DNA from: Camelus ferus
Taxonomy: Eukaryota
Assembly: GCF_009834535.1 (NCBI RefSeq)
Contig: NC_045707.1
Coordinates: forward strand, 62,498,001 to 62,562,000
Length of the DNA: 64,000 bases
Direction: 5' to 3'
The notes beneath the pieces were generated by a model that saw only the letters and a program-made list of their open reading frames with translations, ran no database searches and was not told the DNA's origin. How positions within the stretch are numbered: position 1 is the first letter of the stretch; every line of letters begins with the position of its first letter. A program made the position numbers and the translations under genes. Positions 1 to 12,779 of the stretch are shown here, one piece after another.

Positions 1-1177
1 AGGTAAAAAAAAAAAAAAAAAACACAGTTGGAAGAGGCAGAGCAAACGTCAAACCAGACTCAGGGCAGAGAATTTGAAAATATCAGACTGTAAAAAAACA
101 ACTATGATTGATATGCCAAGGGCTCTAATGGTAAAAGTAGACAGCATTTGAGACCAGATGGATACTGGAAATTCCAAGAGAAAAAAAAGGTACATTGGAG
201 AGTTTTTAAAAACCTTATAACAGAAATAATGAAGGCTTATAATGGGCTTATTCATAGACTGGACATGGCTGAGGAAAGAATCTCTGCACATAAGGATATG
301 TCAGTGGAAACTTCTAAAACTGAAATGCAAATAGAAAACAAAAAAGATGGAAAGAAAAGAACAGAATATCCAAGATCTGTGTGACAACTACAAAAGGTGC
401 ATCATATGCATAATGATTACCAGAAGGAGAAGAGAGAAAGGAACAGAAGAAGTATTTGAAGAATTAATGACTTACGAATATTCCTGGATTAATGTCACAC
501 AGCAAACCACAGATCCAAGAAGTTCAGAGAACACTAAGCAGGATAAGTGTCAAATAAACTATACTTAAGAATAACATATTTAAACTGGAGAAAATCAAAG
601 ATAAAGAAAAAAAAATCTTGAAAGTAGCCAGAGGAGAAGATCCTTACCTGTAGAGGAGGAAAGATAAGAACATCCCACTTCTCAGAAACCCTGCAAGCAA
701 AAAGAAACTGAAGTGAAATATTTAGCGTTCAGGAAAAAAAACAAAATCCACTACCCTAAAATTCTGTATCTTGCAAAATTATCCTTCAAAAGTAAAGGAG
801 AAATAAGGACTTTCTCAGACAAACAAAATAGAAAAAGTTTTGTTAACAGTAGATCTGCCCTGCAAGAAGTGTTAAAAGAAATTCTCTAGAGGGAAGGAAA
901 ATGATCAGATACTTCAATCTACATAGAGAAAATGAAGCGCATCAAAGAAGAAATAAATGACAGTAAAATGAAAACTGTAATTGTTTTATTCTTAATTGAT
1001 CCAACAGAATAATTTGTTTAAAATAATATGCCAACAATGTATTGGATGGTTATAACTTATGTATCAGTGAAATGAATGTCAGCAATGATACAGTGGATGG
1101 GAGGGAGGAATTAAGGATAGTTTGTTATTATAAGGTAATTGTACTACCTGTGAAATGGAATAGTACTATTTAAAAGT
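1..1177 (+). mobile_element. Old L1 (L1MC/L1MD-like) ORF1 plus inter-ORF fragment, decayed
   Basis: Broken frames give ORF1p-like peptides (LDMAEERISAHKDMSVETSKTE; EQNIQDLCDNYKRCIICIM). A-rich plus strand, many stops and frameshifts. Confidence 0.85.
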
Positions 1178-1895
1178 TATCTGATAAAAGACTATTACCT
1201 GAAATATGCAAAGAACTCTTAAATCTCAACAATAAGAATATGAACAACCCAATTAAAAAATGGCAAAAGATCTAAACAGATGTTTCTCCAAAGAAGATAC
1301 ACAGATGGCAAATAAGCATGTGTAAAGATAGTTCATATCATATATTATTAGGAAAATGCAAATTAAAACAACGATGAGATATCACCGGACACCTATTAAA
1401 ATGGCCATAATCCAGAACAGTGAAAATAACAAATGCTGGAAAGGATGTGGAGCTGCAGGAATCCTCATACACTGCTGGTGGGAGTGCAAAATGGTGCAGC
1501 TACATTGGAAAACAGTTTGGTGATTTTTTTATAAAACAAAATCTACCCTTACCATATAATCCAGCTATTGTACTCCTTGGTATGTACCCAAAGGAGCTGA
1601 AAATTTATATCCTTACAAAGATCTGAACATGGATATTTATAGCAGATTTATTCGTGATTGCCAAAATTTGGAAGTAATCAATCAAGATGTTTTTTTCAGT
1701 AGACTAATGGGTAAACTGTGGTACATTTATACAATGTATTAAAAGGAAGTGAAGTATCAAGCTATGAAAATACATTGAGAAATACTTAAATGCATGTAAC
1801 TTAGTGGACAAAGCCAATCTGAAAAGGCTACATACTGCCTGATTCCAACTATAGGACATTCTGGAAAAGGCAAAACTATGGAGGCAGTGAAAATG
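1178..1895 (+). mobile_element. L1 ORF2 C-terminus and start of 3' UTR (L1MB/L1MC-like)
   Basis: ORF 1420..1626 contains LPYNPAIVLLGMYPKELK, matching the ORF2p motif LPYDPAIPLLGIYP. Followed by the typical 3' UTR gaaaaggctacatactgcctgattccaact...ctggaaaaggcaaaactatggag. Confidence 0.9.
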
Positions 1896-1899
1896 AAAT

Positions 1900-2225
1900 A
1901 ATCACAACTACATGCAACAGCATAGATTAAATATTAAAATGTTCTAAAAAATCTAAATTATATTGCTAACGAATGCATACGGGGAGAAAATTATTCTTGA
2001 GAAGCAAAGATGGCTATCACAAACGTCACAGTGTTGGTTAATCTGGAGAAAGGAAGGTGCTCGTAAGAGGCTTCCAAGAGGTTAACAATATTTTATTTCT
2101 TAACCTGTGCAGTAATGCATAGATGTTCACCTTATAATTATTCTTTAAATAACATATATCTATCTTATACGCCTTTCTATATGAACTATATATTGCGTAA
2201 TAAAATAGAAATAAAACAAAGAGCA
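1900..2225 (+). mobile_element. Ancient L1 (L1ME-like) 3' UTR end
   Basis: aatattttatttcttaacctg...gatgttcac...tataattattcttta pattern ending in an A-rich tail. Confidence 0.55.
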
Positions 2226-2735
2226 TAGATTATTTCTATAGTAAGATTTCTGTTGAAAAGAGTAACTGCAACATAAAATCACTGTTAGCTCCTATTGCAA
2301 CTATTTGGACTCTTACTAAGTTTACCACAGTTACTTCTCATGGAAATTGCTTCTCTCCTGAAGAGAATCTTAACTCCAGTCAAGTATTTCATGGAGCCAT
2401 AGGTAGACGAACTTGTCCTACTTTCTAAAGGACTTTGGAATCAGGTGAAACTTTTACAAGTCCCCAGACTTTCCCTGTACTGTTGCCAGTAGAAAGTCTC
2501 GCAGCAGATCATCCCCTTATTAATTCAGCAGTAGATTAAGTAGACTGGTGTATTTGTTGGTTATTTCAAGATAATTTCAAATAATTGTCCTTAAAATCAC
2601 TACAACTCACTACCCATTTTAATGTAGTAAGATTAAAAGGTGCTTACTTTTAAAGAATTCCCCATGAAGTAGCTATCTGCCATTGTTAGCCATAATGACT
2701 GGGAGTGAATGTGTTTTCACCGTTTTTGTTCGTTG

Positions 2736-2811
2736 CTTCTCCTCCTCCTCCCCCTCTTCCCTTACCTCTTCCTCTTCCTTCCTCTCCTCCTCTTCATTCT
2801 CCTCCTCCTCC
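2736..2811. repeat. Imperfect (TCC)n polypyrimidine tract
   Basis: About 75 bp almost entirely C/T. It explains the Glu-rich and Ser-rich spurious ORFs 2673..2921 and 2683..2916. Confidence 0.95.
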
Positions 2812-5529
2812 ATCAGAGATGTTCCTGTTATAATGTGTGATAAAGTGTGGGAAAAAAAATTTGTAAAAAAGATAACATTCAGCGCTTTAGAAGAGGCACT
2901 CAACAAATTAACATAACCCATGGCAGTGAAAGGGGGTTATTTCTCTGAAGTAAATGAATGTATATTCACTTGTGAGCATTTTGTAACTTTGTAGGAGCTA
3001 ATAATTTCTCCAGCATATCATGAATAAAATACTTACCATACCTATTATATAAGTGCAAACAAACCCTAGCACATGGACTCCTGTTTTAAAAAGATTATCA
3101 ACAACATGTAAATCATGTTCTGCATTTCTTTGATGGGATTAAATTGTTAGGATGGAAAAGCTAGAGGTATTTATTTACTAATTTCTGACAGCATCATTTG
3201 CTGCATGTTGCTCTCTTTCCCGTAGGAATTGCTGCTGGCTGCCACATTCATTTGGATCTCTTTGCATGATAAAAAAGCTAGGCTCCATTAAAGTATCGTT
3301 TGCAATGAATTTACATTCTTCCTCAGGGATAAATCTAACCATTAGACATTATGCAGGAGACTGACTTTTATAAAAGACTACTATTCTTTGGATTCCAAGC
3401 TGCATTCAAAAAATAGCCAAGGATAAAATACAAATATTTGACAGACAAAGGGAGATAAATTAACTTTCACATGATCTTGAGAAGCCATTTCCAAATTCCA
3501 GTTAAAATGATAGGAAAAGTCTGTGAAATTTAGAAGACAATCTGAAGCCTACTGTTTTATATTTCTAAGTGCTTGTATTCCTCGCACAAGAAACCTAATG
3601 TTCTAGCACCAAATAGAAATTAAGAATAGCTTTAAAAAGTTTAAAAAGAACTTATCAAACATTCTATGTTCAAGATCAAGATTTTAGTTATATATAAATA
3701 TATGTATATATATTTATACACACATTTATTCTTGTACCTTCAGGGAAGATTAAGTTAAGCTTTATTAATATGATCATTTCTCTTACAGAAAGTGGAGACA
3801 TCAGTAATAGAAACAAAAGCAAAATCCTAAAGCTCCATAGTAGGCCCTTCTGTTACAGAAATGTAATGCCGTTTTCTTGGAATGAACTGACCAGTTCATT
3901 AACCTGAAAGTAGATGGTTCAGAATTAGAAGTTAGGAGTTGATTTTACAATGTAAATTGATTGTATCATTAGGTTAAAGTTTTCCATTATTTTAAACTCC
4001 AAAACATGAATTCACAGTTGAAGGCCCCTAAAATTTGGGGGTTTAGAGACAGTTAAATATGAGGTCTTGCAATCCCAGCATTTATTCATATGAGACTGAG
4101 GCCAGAATCACAGTAAAAGCGTCATGTAGAACACACATGCTTTTCATTTGACATTTGAGACAAGGCTGAGTTTTAACTAGACTAGTTTTGCTACAGTCTG
4201 TTCTGGGCTGGATTCTTGGAATCTAACATGTTCCGATTTTTAAGCTTAAATACGTCAGACTCTGAGAACTTTGCTGGAACATGGGGGGTCAAACACACTG
4301 TGATAAGACAGGATGTTTTCCTTGAAAACATGAATATCCCTGCTACAAATTATCCTTAGGAAGAAAATGACTAACTTGGTGACTGGGTTTTGGAAATTGA
4401 AGTCTCAACACTGACGGTAAGAAATATGTATCTGGAGACTATTGGATTGGTTAAGCAGCCCCATTATTTACAATCATAAGAAAATAAGGGTCAGGCTTTG
4501 AAACTGGAACTCTAACATCAACACATAAAAGCAGTGTACTTGGTCTTCTCTGTTGTACATCTGCTCTCCTAATCCCTACCCAAATGTTTGGAAAAAAGCA
4601 ATTTACTGCACTGAATCAGATATTATTAAGAGTCCATCAAAATTACATTTACTACAGAATATTTCATAATTTGAAGTAAAGTACTTGAATTAATGTCCCA
4701 ATGTAAATTAGCACAGGTAAGGGAAAGCACCCTTGGAGGAGAAAGGCTCTTTGCAGTTTAAAGAAGGCACATTTTAGGACACTCAATCTTGCCAATGTTA
4801 TGTCCAAACTCACAAAGGGATTGAATCTTTTAATCTACTTGTCTGGCTAGTGAGTACCTGCAGAGTATATTTCTCTTTAATTTAAAATCTCCCAATCAGC
4901 TTTGACTCACCCAGAATGGAATATCAATATTGTTGTGATTTTTGAGAAACACTGTGAGGAATAATACCGCAAAATAGTTGGGATAGCATTTTCATGCGGT
5001 GGTCACTCACCTGACACTTGATCAGTTTTATGATGCTGCATCTCCCAGTTCCTGTTCTCCATTTTTCCTGAGATCATTTGTAAGATGGAATAAATCTCCT
5101 GTAGTTTTGCTCCTGGAGAAGAAGAAGTGTACACCCTGACAGCAAAACGCATCTATCTAGTCAACATTTCATTTACTTTATTTGAGGCTGAAATCTTGCT
5201 TCTAGAATGCAGACATCTGATATGTAATTACGGAGAGGCAGAGACATTGCTCACTCAGTTCATAGTAGTTAATATTGCTACACATACCCAGATAACTGAT
5301 TGCTTTCAAATGCTATTAAAAGAATGAATTGAAGCTGAAAACCTAGGAAAGTCAAGGTCTAACAGTTTCTAAAGATAAATTATTTATTCTTGAAAACAGT
5401 GATTACTCATTCCAGTTAGTCCTTAGGAGATGTCTACTAGGTTCAGAAAACTCAATAGAAGGCATACAAGTTTTAAATTCCCCCATTTAAAATCTTGCTG
5501 ACTCTTAATTTAATGTATGTTTTTTTCCC

Positions 5530-6330
5530 AATATATTTAAAATTTCATTTTCAAGCTGATTCTTACTGGCATATAGAAATATAGTTGATCATGTACAGAT
5601 CTTGATCCAGCAACCTTGTTAAATTTACTTATTAATTTTAATAATTTATATATACATGCTAAATTCTTCCTAACTTTTTTTATTAAATGACCATCTTCTG
5701 TAAGTATTATTTAAATTTTATTTTCTAAGTTATTTTTCTTGGTATATAGAAATATGAATGATTATTTACATTAACTCTTTATCCAGAAAATGTTTTAAAT
5801 CTGCTTATTAATACTAAGGATAATTATCATGTAATTATTAATTAATTAATGTTATTTCTTCCTTTCCTAACTTTATGCTACTTATTCTTTTATTTTCCTT
5901 ATTGTACCAGCTAAGAACTTCAGTAAAATATTCAATATATTCAATATCTAGAGGTGGCAGTTGTCCTTGTTTTATTTTGTCACTCAAATGGAAAGCTGTA
6001 AATATTCTATCATTAAGTGTGATGTTTACTATAGGTTTTCAGTAAGTTATAATAGGTTGATATCAAAGTTTATCAAAGTAAGGAAATATTCTTTTCTGAG
6101 TTTTCAAAGACTTTCAATTATGAATGAACACTGAATCCGATCTGGTATTTTTCTGTATCTCTTGATAAGATTATGTCCTTTTTACCAGTGTTGACTTAAA
6201 ATCATAAATGAGATTGACTCTTTTAAGTTTTTTCTACTTAATTCTTTATAAATTTTGATGTAAAGATCATTCTCCAAAGGACATGTTAGGAAATTTTTTC
6301 TCTCTTGTATTTTTCAAAATAGTTCCAGTG
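5530..6330 (-). mobile_element. Highly decayed L1 ORF2 fragments
   Basis: T-rich antisense L1 motifs (tatatagaaatata...gat, caaccttgttaaatttacttatta, ttgtaccagctaagaacttcagtaaaata, cattaagtgtgatgtttactataggtttt). Confidence 0.65.
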
Positions 6331-6613
6331 CAAATACTACTTTTTTAAACATTTCTATTTTAAAAGTATTTCCTTCTTAAGTCTTTCTTTTTCTTAGTAT
6401 TTCCACTAGTGAATTAGTCTTTCTGGAACTGAACATTTTGAATCAAGTGAGAAATAAAATACTCTGACAGATAAAAATCAATTCAGAATTATAAAGGATA
6501 GAATCTGGATTAGGGGACTTTGCTTTAGATCTATGCTTAAGGGCCTTGCTAAGAAAATTTTGCAACTTCACCACCCTGTCTTACCCTGCCCAGAAGTCCA
6601 TGTCCTTATTCAC

Positions 6614-6945
6614 TCAGTCTTAGCATAGCTCATGTGATAATGCTATAAAACAAACAGCTCCAAAGTCTTGGCAGCTTAATTTAACAGAGGATTTCTTTCT
6701 TCTTCCTGTAGGTCTGTGTTGTCTGTAGTGACTCTGCTCCAGATTACAGTCAGATACAGTTCCATTCCACTTGTCTCTCATTCTAAAAATTGTTGCTTCC
6801 CAGAGCATATTCTTCTCTTGGTGTAAATCAGTGAAAGAGGGACAAGTAGTAAGCATCTCATGATTCCTTCCTGTAGAGCTTGCCAGTTCTTTCTAGGTTC
6901 CTTTGCTCAAAGCAAATAGATAGCCAAACACACTATCAATGGCAT
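6614..6945 (-). mobile_element. MaLR MLT1-type LTR fragment, apparently resuming at about 7772-7810
   Basis: Reverse complement of the MLT1 3' end (aagctgccaagactttggagctgtttgttttatagca) and the caaagcaa...gccaa...atcaatgg motif. Confidence 0.6.
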
Positions 6946-7771
6946 GAAGATAAACAGCATCAAAGGTCTGGAAGGGAGGAGCTAATGTGAGTAAAGTTTC
7001 CAAAGCATACATCTGGAAAACGTAGGCATGCATCTGTACCGCTAGCTGCTAAGAGAACACAGCAGGCTGTGGACACTAAGCAGGCAGAGCTGAGCAGAGG
7101 ACACCGAAAAGGCTGAGGACTCACGCCTGGGTTTATTTCCTAAGCTCGTCAGCCAAAAATGCCAGTCTTTCCCCTCCAGGTAGAGGTTAGTGAAAAAGCA
7201 GAGCAAGACCTGGAGTTTTATAGGGAAGGAAAGCTCTCTTCATGGAAACAGAATGGGGGATGACCAAGACAACTTCAGTGTTCCCTCAGCTTGTCTGAAT
7301 TTAAAGACAGATTTCTTCCTGACTACAGGGCCCTGACCTCTCTTTCATCAGAGCATTTACCTTAGAAAACTCGTAATTACAGATTCTCTCTCTGCCCCCT
7401 TTAAGACAGAAATCTCCCAGCCTCATGCTATTTTTACAATATAAGAATATCTTTTTACAGTCTAAGACCTGGAAGCCATCCTTTGGAAATGTGGTCATCC
7501 AGGAAGCGCCCCTATCTCTCAGTCTTTGGGGAGAGCAAGAGCCTAACTTCAATGGATGACAATTAGCAAACCCAGATGGCTTCATCACATTGCCCAACCT
7601 CCCACCTACCCTCTAACAGCCACCAGTACTTTTCTGTGAACTCACCTTAGCACTTAAACACTCTCCTGCCTTTCGTTTCGGGGGGGTTGGGTAAAATCTG
7701 TACCTCCTGTTACAGTCGTCTTGAATAAAGTCTTCCTTGTTTACTCCATCCAGTGCAGTTTTTCTTTGACA
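6945..7771 (+). mobile_element. ERV1-type solo LTR (MER31/MER34/MER39-group-like) interrupting the MLT1; 5' boundary uncertain
   Basis: Higher GC; agagcatttaccttagaaaact and caattagcaaacccagatggc motifs; AATAAA near 7724; terminus tttttctttgaCA at 7771. No clean TSD seen. Confidence 0.7.
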
Positions 7772-7866
7772 GCGACTAACGTTACTCCTCTAACAGGAAA
7801 TAAGCAAATCTTAAATCAGCTCTTCTGAGCAGTGTGTGTGTATGTGTGTCCTTTTTCTGAGTTGAG

Positions 7867-8705
7867 TACTTTTTAATGCTTGTTATATTATAGTAGTTTT
7901 ATATCTATAGAAAAGTTGCAAAGATGGTATAGAAGGTTTCCATATATCTCCAACTAGTCCCCCCTAATATGATAACATCTTATATTACCATGGTACATTT
8001 TTCAAAACTATGAAGTTAACGTTTAGTACAACCTAATTAATTCAATTTCACACTTTATCCACATTTCACTACTTTTTCCACAAATGTCCTTTTTCTGTCC
8101 CAGGATCCAGTTCAGGATACCACACTGTATTTGGTCAAGTCTCCTTAGTCACCTCTGGACTGTGACTCTTTCTTACTGTTTTCTCATTTTTCTTGACTTT
8201 GACGATTTTGAGGAACATGGGACAGGTATTTTATAGAACGTTCCTCAATTTTAGTTTGGTGTTTTTTTTCATGATTACACTGGAATTTATTTTAGGAATA
8301 TTATGCAGGTGAATTGCCCTTTCCATCATAGCATATCAGAGGACACATGCTATCAATATGACTTACCACTAGGGAGGTTAATTCTGATCACTTGGTTAAG
8401 TCAATGTCTGCCAGGATTCTCCACTATAAAGTTTTTTTTTTTTTCTTTCATATTCTTCTTGGGAAGTGAATCACTAAAACCAAGTCATATTTAAGGCTGA
8501 GAAGGTGAAGGATTAAACTCCATCTCCTACAGTAGAAAAATATCTACATTTATTATTTTAAATTATTCTATAAGAAAGAGTTGCCTGTTTTATTCCATTC
8601 ATTTATTTATTCAGTCATTTCTTTATATCAATATAACTCATAACTATTTCTCCCTGATTCATTTCATTAGAGAATTATGTTTTAGAAACTAAGATTAGAG
8701 TGGTG
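7867..8705 (-). mobile_element. L1MC-type 3' UTR
   Basis: Antisense motifs gaaaagttgcaaagatggta, ccaggatccagttcaggataccacactgtatttg and gatcacttggttaag...gtctgccagg. Confidence 0.85.
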
Positions 8706-9049
8706 AGGAAATTATACTTTTTAACTGAAAATGCTGTGATAGTTTCTGTGATGGTAATAATGTAATTGTTCAAATATAGATTAAAGGGCCTCGTGCTTCG
8801 ATCTTCTACTGAAGCAGATCTGGAATTAAGTCTCCATATTTTAATGTATAATTTTATTTTTCTGCTTAAACACCCCAGGAATTAAAATACACACACACAC
8901 ACTGAGATATTCATCCTCTGATTATGTCTTACTCCCATGATTTGTGCATACAAAGCTCCTTTTAAAGTTAAATTTTCATCTTCTCTCCCATCTCAATTTT
9001 GATGTTTTAAATCCCGCATAGAGATTTAACCTCCTACTGTAGGTTATGC

Positions 9050-10090
9050 AATATACATTTTTCCACATGTGTATTTAGTTACTTGATGGATCCTGAATAA
9101 GAATGTGTGTAGATAGTATTTTAATTTAAGTTACAACACCCAGTAATATAATTATTTTATTATCATACTAATTTGGATTTATTTCTAGATGAGGTACCAC
9201 ATTTATCTATATTTATTAATCACTAATATTTCTTCTTCTGTAACTTTCATATTCCTAATGTTTTTCCATTTTTTTTTCTTTTGTCTTTATTCCCTGTGCC
9301 CCCTCACTGGTGTGGGAACTCAACAATATTTCAGATACTAATCCCTTGTTTATTTTATACTTTGCAAATATTCTTCTGAATTACTTATCCCTTAGTTAAT
9401 TTGGTCTAGTGTCCTTTTACACCTTGAAATATTTAATGTGAATTCTCAAATTAAAAAATTTCAAAGTTATAAAATGTATTAATTTTTATGTTTTTAAATA
9501 TTGTTCTTCCTCCTTTACAGTGTTATTTTTAACATTGTAAGATGGATGGTATACAACTGCATATACTCAGATTTTTTTTAATATATTTTAATTTGTGTTT
9601 TAATTTTTCTTGCACAGATTTAATTTCAAGACAATTTATAAATTTCTGCTGCTACTATGTCTGATTTTTAGGGTTCTTAGCATAGTTTCTAATTGGTTTT
9701 TGCTGATATTTATGAAAGCTGTGGATTTTTGTGCTTTGACCTTGTGGGAATCTCCTGTTATTTCAAACATTTGTCAACTGATTCACCTGCTTTTTAGTAT
9801 AAGGTAACAATATGATTTGTAAATAATGACTCTGTGCTCTTTTCCACTTCATTCTTTACGAATCCTAGTCTATTTCTTATCTTACTATATTGGTCGGGAC
9901 ATCTACAACTGTGTTAAACAGTATCGGTAAAGGAGAGCATCTTTGTCTTGTGTATGTCTTTAGCAGGATTGCTTAAAATTTCTCAATTAAATTTATTTCT
10001 CGGATATTTTTACATATAATTTTGTTAAAGGGATGTTTCCTAATATTTTTGTTTTTAAAATAGTTTTCCATAATAAGCATTGTATCTTAC
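9050..10090 (-). mobile_element. Decayed L1 ORF2 fragments
   Basis: Antisense L1 motifs such as cagatactaatcccttgt and tattggtcgggacatctacaactgtgttaaacag...gagagcatctttgtcttg. Confidence 0.6.
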
Positions 10091-11431
10091 ACCGTTGGAT
10101 GGTTTGTTATGATTTATTAATTTTTATCATACATTCTGTGTCTTTAATAATGTTACCTGAGTGGCCTTTCCACATACAGGCACATTGAAATTTGTGACTC
10201 CAAGTGCTTATAATTATATTTTACTTAGTGTAGGTAATCCTATGAACATGTTTCCTGGGCCTATCATCTATTTTGAGTAGGAATGTATACATAGCTGTAG
10301 GAAGAAGTTGGGTTGGAATGAGGGGACTCATGGGGACCAGAAATAATATGACCCGAAATCAGTTTTGTCACATAGTAGATCCCCCAAAATCAAAGCTTGT
10401 ATATGTCTCTTTAAATTTATAGCACTGAGGAAAGCTCCTGGTTTATAAGTTTTTTTTTTTTTTAAATACATGTTTATTGAAGAGAAGTTTTTTGTTGTTG
10501 TTCTTTGTTTTTTTACATTAGGGTTTCATTTTATGGCATTGTCCCATATGTTACATTTGGTTCTGCTTTTGTGTTTCATTATTTTTATATTGCATTATGT
10601 GATGTCAGATTCTGTCAGAGAAAAGACCACGATGTGATTCTTAATCACATTTTCATCTTAAGAAAACTTTGTTAGTCTGTGATATGCTCACTTTGATTTA
10701 TAGCAGCCCACAAAGTTAGAAAGCAATTAATGTCCAATTTAATTAGACTCTAGAATTTTGCCTAAGCAATTATTCACAGATTGCAGTGAAAGACTACTTA
10801 GAGTGAGACTCCTGTCTAAGGCAAGGTAGCAAGTAACAGATCACACAAAGGAAGAGTTGGAGGTCATAAGGTCACCAAAAGCTTCCAAAAAAGGAAGGCA
10901 AGTAAAAATCTAGAGAACAGAGATCAATGTAAAAATAGAAAGAGAATAAGAGTCTCTAAATTTGTCAAAATTTGGAAATAACTTAAAGTTATTTGGTATG
11001 GATTCATCACAAAAATGCATTTATGTTATCTCTCATGTTAATTATAAGATGGTATTAGTAGGATTTTAAGAAACACAAGATGGAGAGTCAAAGTAGACTG
11101 TACCACAAAGAGCAGAGTTAGAGAAATTGAGGAAATAAGAGTAAAATACAGAAGGAGTGGATATATGGTAGCCACAGTATGAAGAGTATCATACTAACAA
11201 ACCAGCTTGGTATTTGGAATTTCAGATGTTCTTACCCTGGTGAGGACCAATCCTCAGCAAGACTAAGGCTGGCTTGGTGGTACATGAGTGATGAAAAGCA
11301 GATTGGCAGATACTAGATTAGGTATTGAGTGCTCTCTAAACTTCCTAAGTTAACTGATCTGTCTCATGCCACCTGAATCTACTAATGGTTTTCTTCTAGA
11401 GGTTTAGATTAGAAAATTTTCAATCTTAGTC

Positions 11432-11601
11432 TTTTTTTTTTTTTTTTTTTTTTTTAGTTTTGTTCTTTTATTTATTTATCTATTTTAAGGCAGAGAGGTA
11501 ATTAGATTTATTTACTTATTTTAATGGTGGTCCTGGGGATTGAACCCAGGACCTTGGGCATGCTAAGCGTAAACTCTACCACTGAGATATACCCTCCCTG
11601 C
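11432..11601 (-). mobile_element. tRNA-derived SINE, camelid Vic-1-like, with poly(A) tail and TSD
   Basis: Minus strand reads gggagggtatatctcagtggtagag (A box) ... ggttcaatccc (B box), then an AT-rich tail and about 25 A. Flanked by caatcttagtcttt (11421-11434) and caatcttattcttt (11602-11615). Confidence 0.92.
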
Positions 11602-12779
11602 CAATCTTATTCTTTCTTGAAGGAGAATCCTTTCAACCCTGTAACACTTAAGTGTTGACCAACAAGTAATATTATTCAGGATACACTTTTTCCACTCAGA
11701 ATATTGAAGTGGATGTACACAAGTCTAACCACGGTAAATGTCAAATAAAATTGTGCATCTAATATCCTAAAAAGTAGAAATCAATGATCTGTGTGAGATA
11801 GAGCTATTTGTTGGCTCATTATTTGAGTGGTCTTAATAATAAGTAGGTATTAGTCATGCTGTTGACCAGGATAAGCTCAAGACAGGGCTTCTCGACAAGT
11901 TTTCATTTCCTAAATATTTTATACAAATTAATCATTCTTTTTGGTTGCCTATTTTAAGAGATTTGATCATTTCTCAATAAGAAATCAAATCAGAAACTTC
12001 AAGTCCTATTTATAAATAACAGCACAAGCCAATACTTTAGTGTTGGATGAATTCAAGCTTTCAGCTGTTTCTGCAGAAATTAGAATTTAAATGAATCTGT
12101 CGCACAGGCAAATTGTATGTTTAACTAGCTTTTATTGCATTGCTTTCCTTAGATGTGGAGTTTTCAATTCGTCTTTACATCTTCAAATAGATTTCTTTAT
12201 ATTTTTATAATATAATGGACTGTGTAATAGACGAGCGGCTCATTTTCTGGATTTTAGAATCTGGTTTTCAGAGTTTAGGGATCTGGTTACTCTCCTCTAG
12301 TCTTATCCAGTAACACGTTTCTTGGAGGTACAGTTAAGGTTAACTCCCATTCTCCAGGTTTTTTGTTTGTTTGTTTTGTGTTTTAAATGTCTGATAACAT
12401 AAGTTATTTATTTACTTATTTAATCACCAAGGCGAACACTTTTGGGGAGGAGGGTATTTGGTCAAATGTGTTTGTTTCCTTCAATTGATTCCACCTAATG
12501 AGACATCTAAGGACAGCAGTCATGTTGACAGTAAAAGTAATAGCTTTGCAAAAGCAGTAACCTGTAGCCACATACTGCACTTCTGAAAAATGGAAGCATT
12601 GGTTCAGGGCACATCTTTTTATTGAGCGACCACCATCTATGACGGAAGATACAGGTGAGAAAAGAGCATCTCTAATCGAAGAACACTCAGATAAGGAGGG
12701 TCAATTAATCTATGTCTTTGGAAACTGAGGGTAGGGATTAACTTCTGTAAACTAAGGTGATGGTAGAGTTCAAATAAAA

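Noticed and set aside
148..1626. Short ORFs with L1 ORF1p/ORF2p similarity as functional genes
   Set aside because: Fragmented by many stops and frameshifts; fossil L1.
2673..2921. Glu-rich 82-aa ORF and Ser-rich antisense ORF
   Set aside because: Both are translations of the (TCC)n simple repeat.
3226..3295. Plus-strand acceptor ctctctttcccgtAG preceded by TGCATG
   Set aside because: No convincing downstream donor and no recognisable peptide.
11525..11600. tRNA-like sequence with A and B boxes
   Set aside because: It is the head of a SINE: AT-rich body, poly(A) tail and TSD, with no proper tRNA 3' end.
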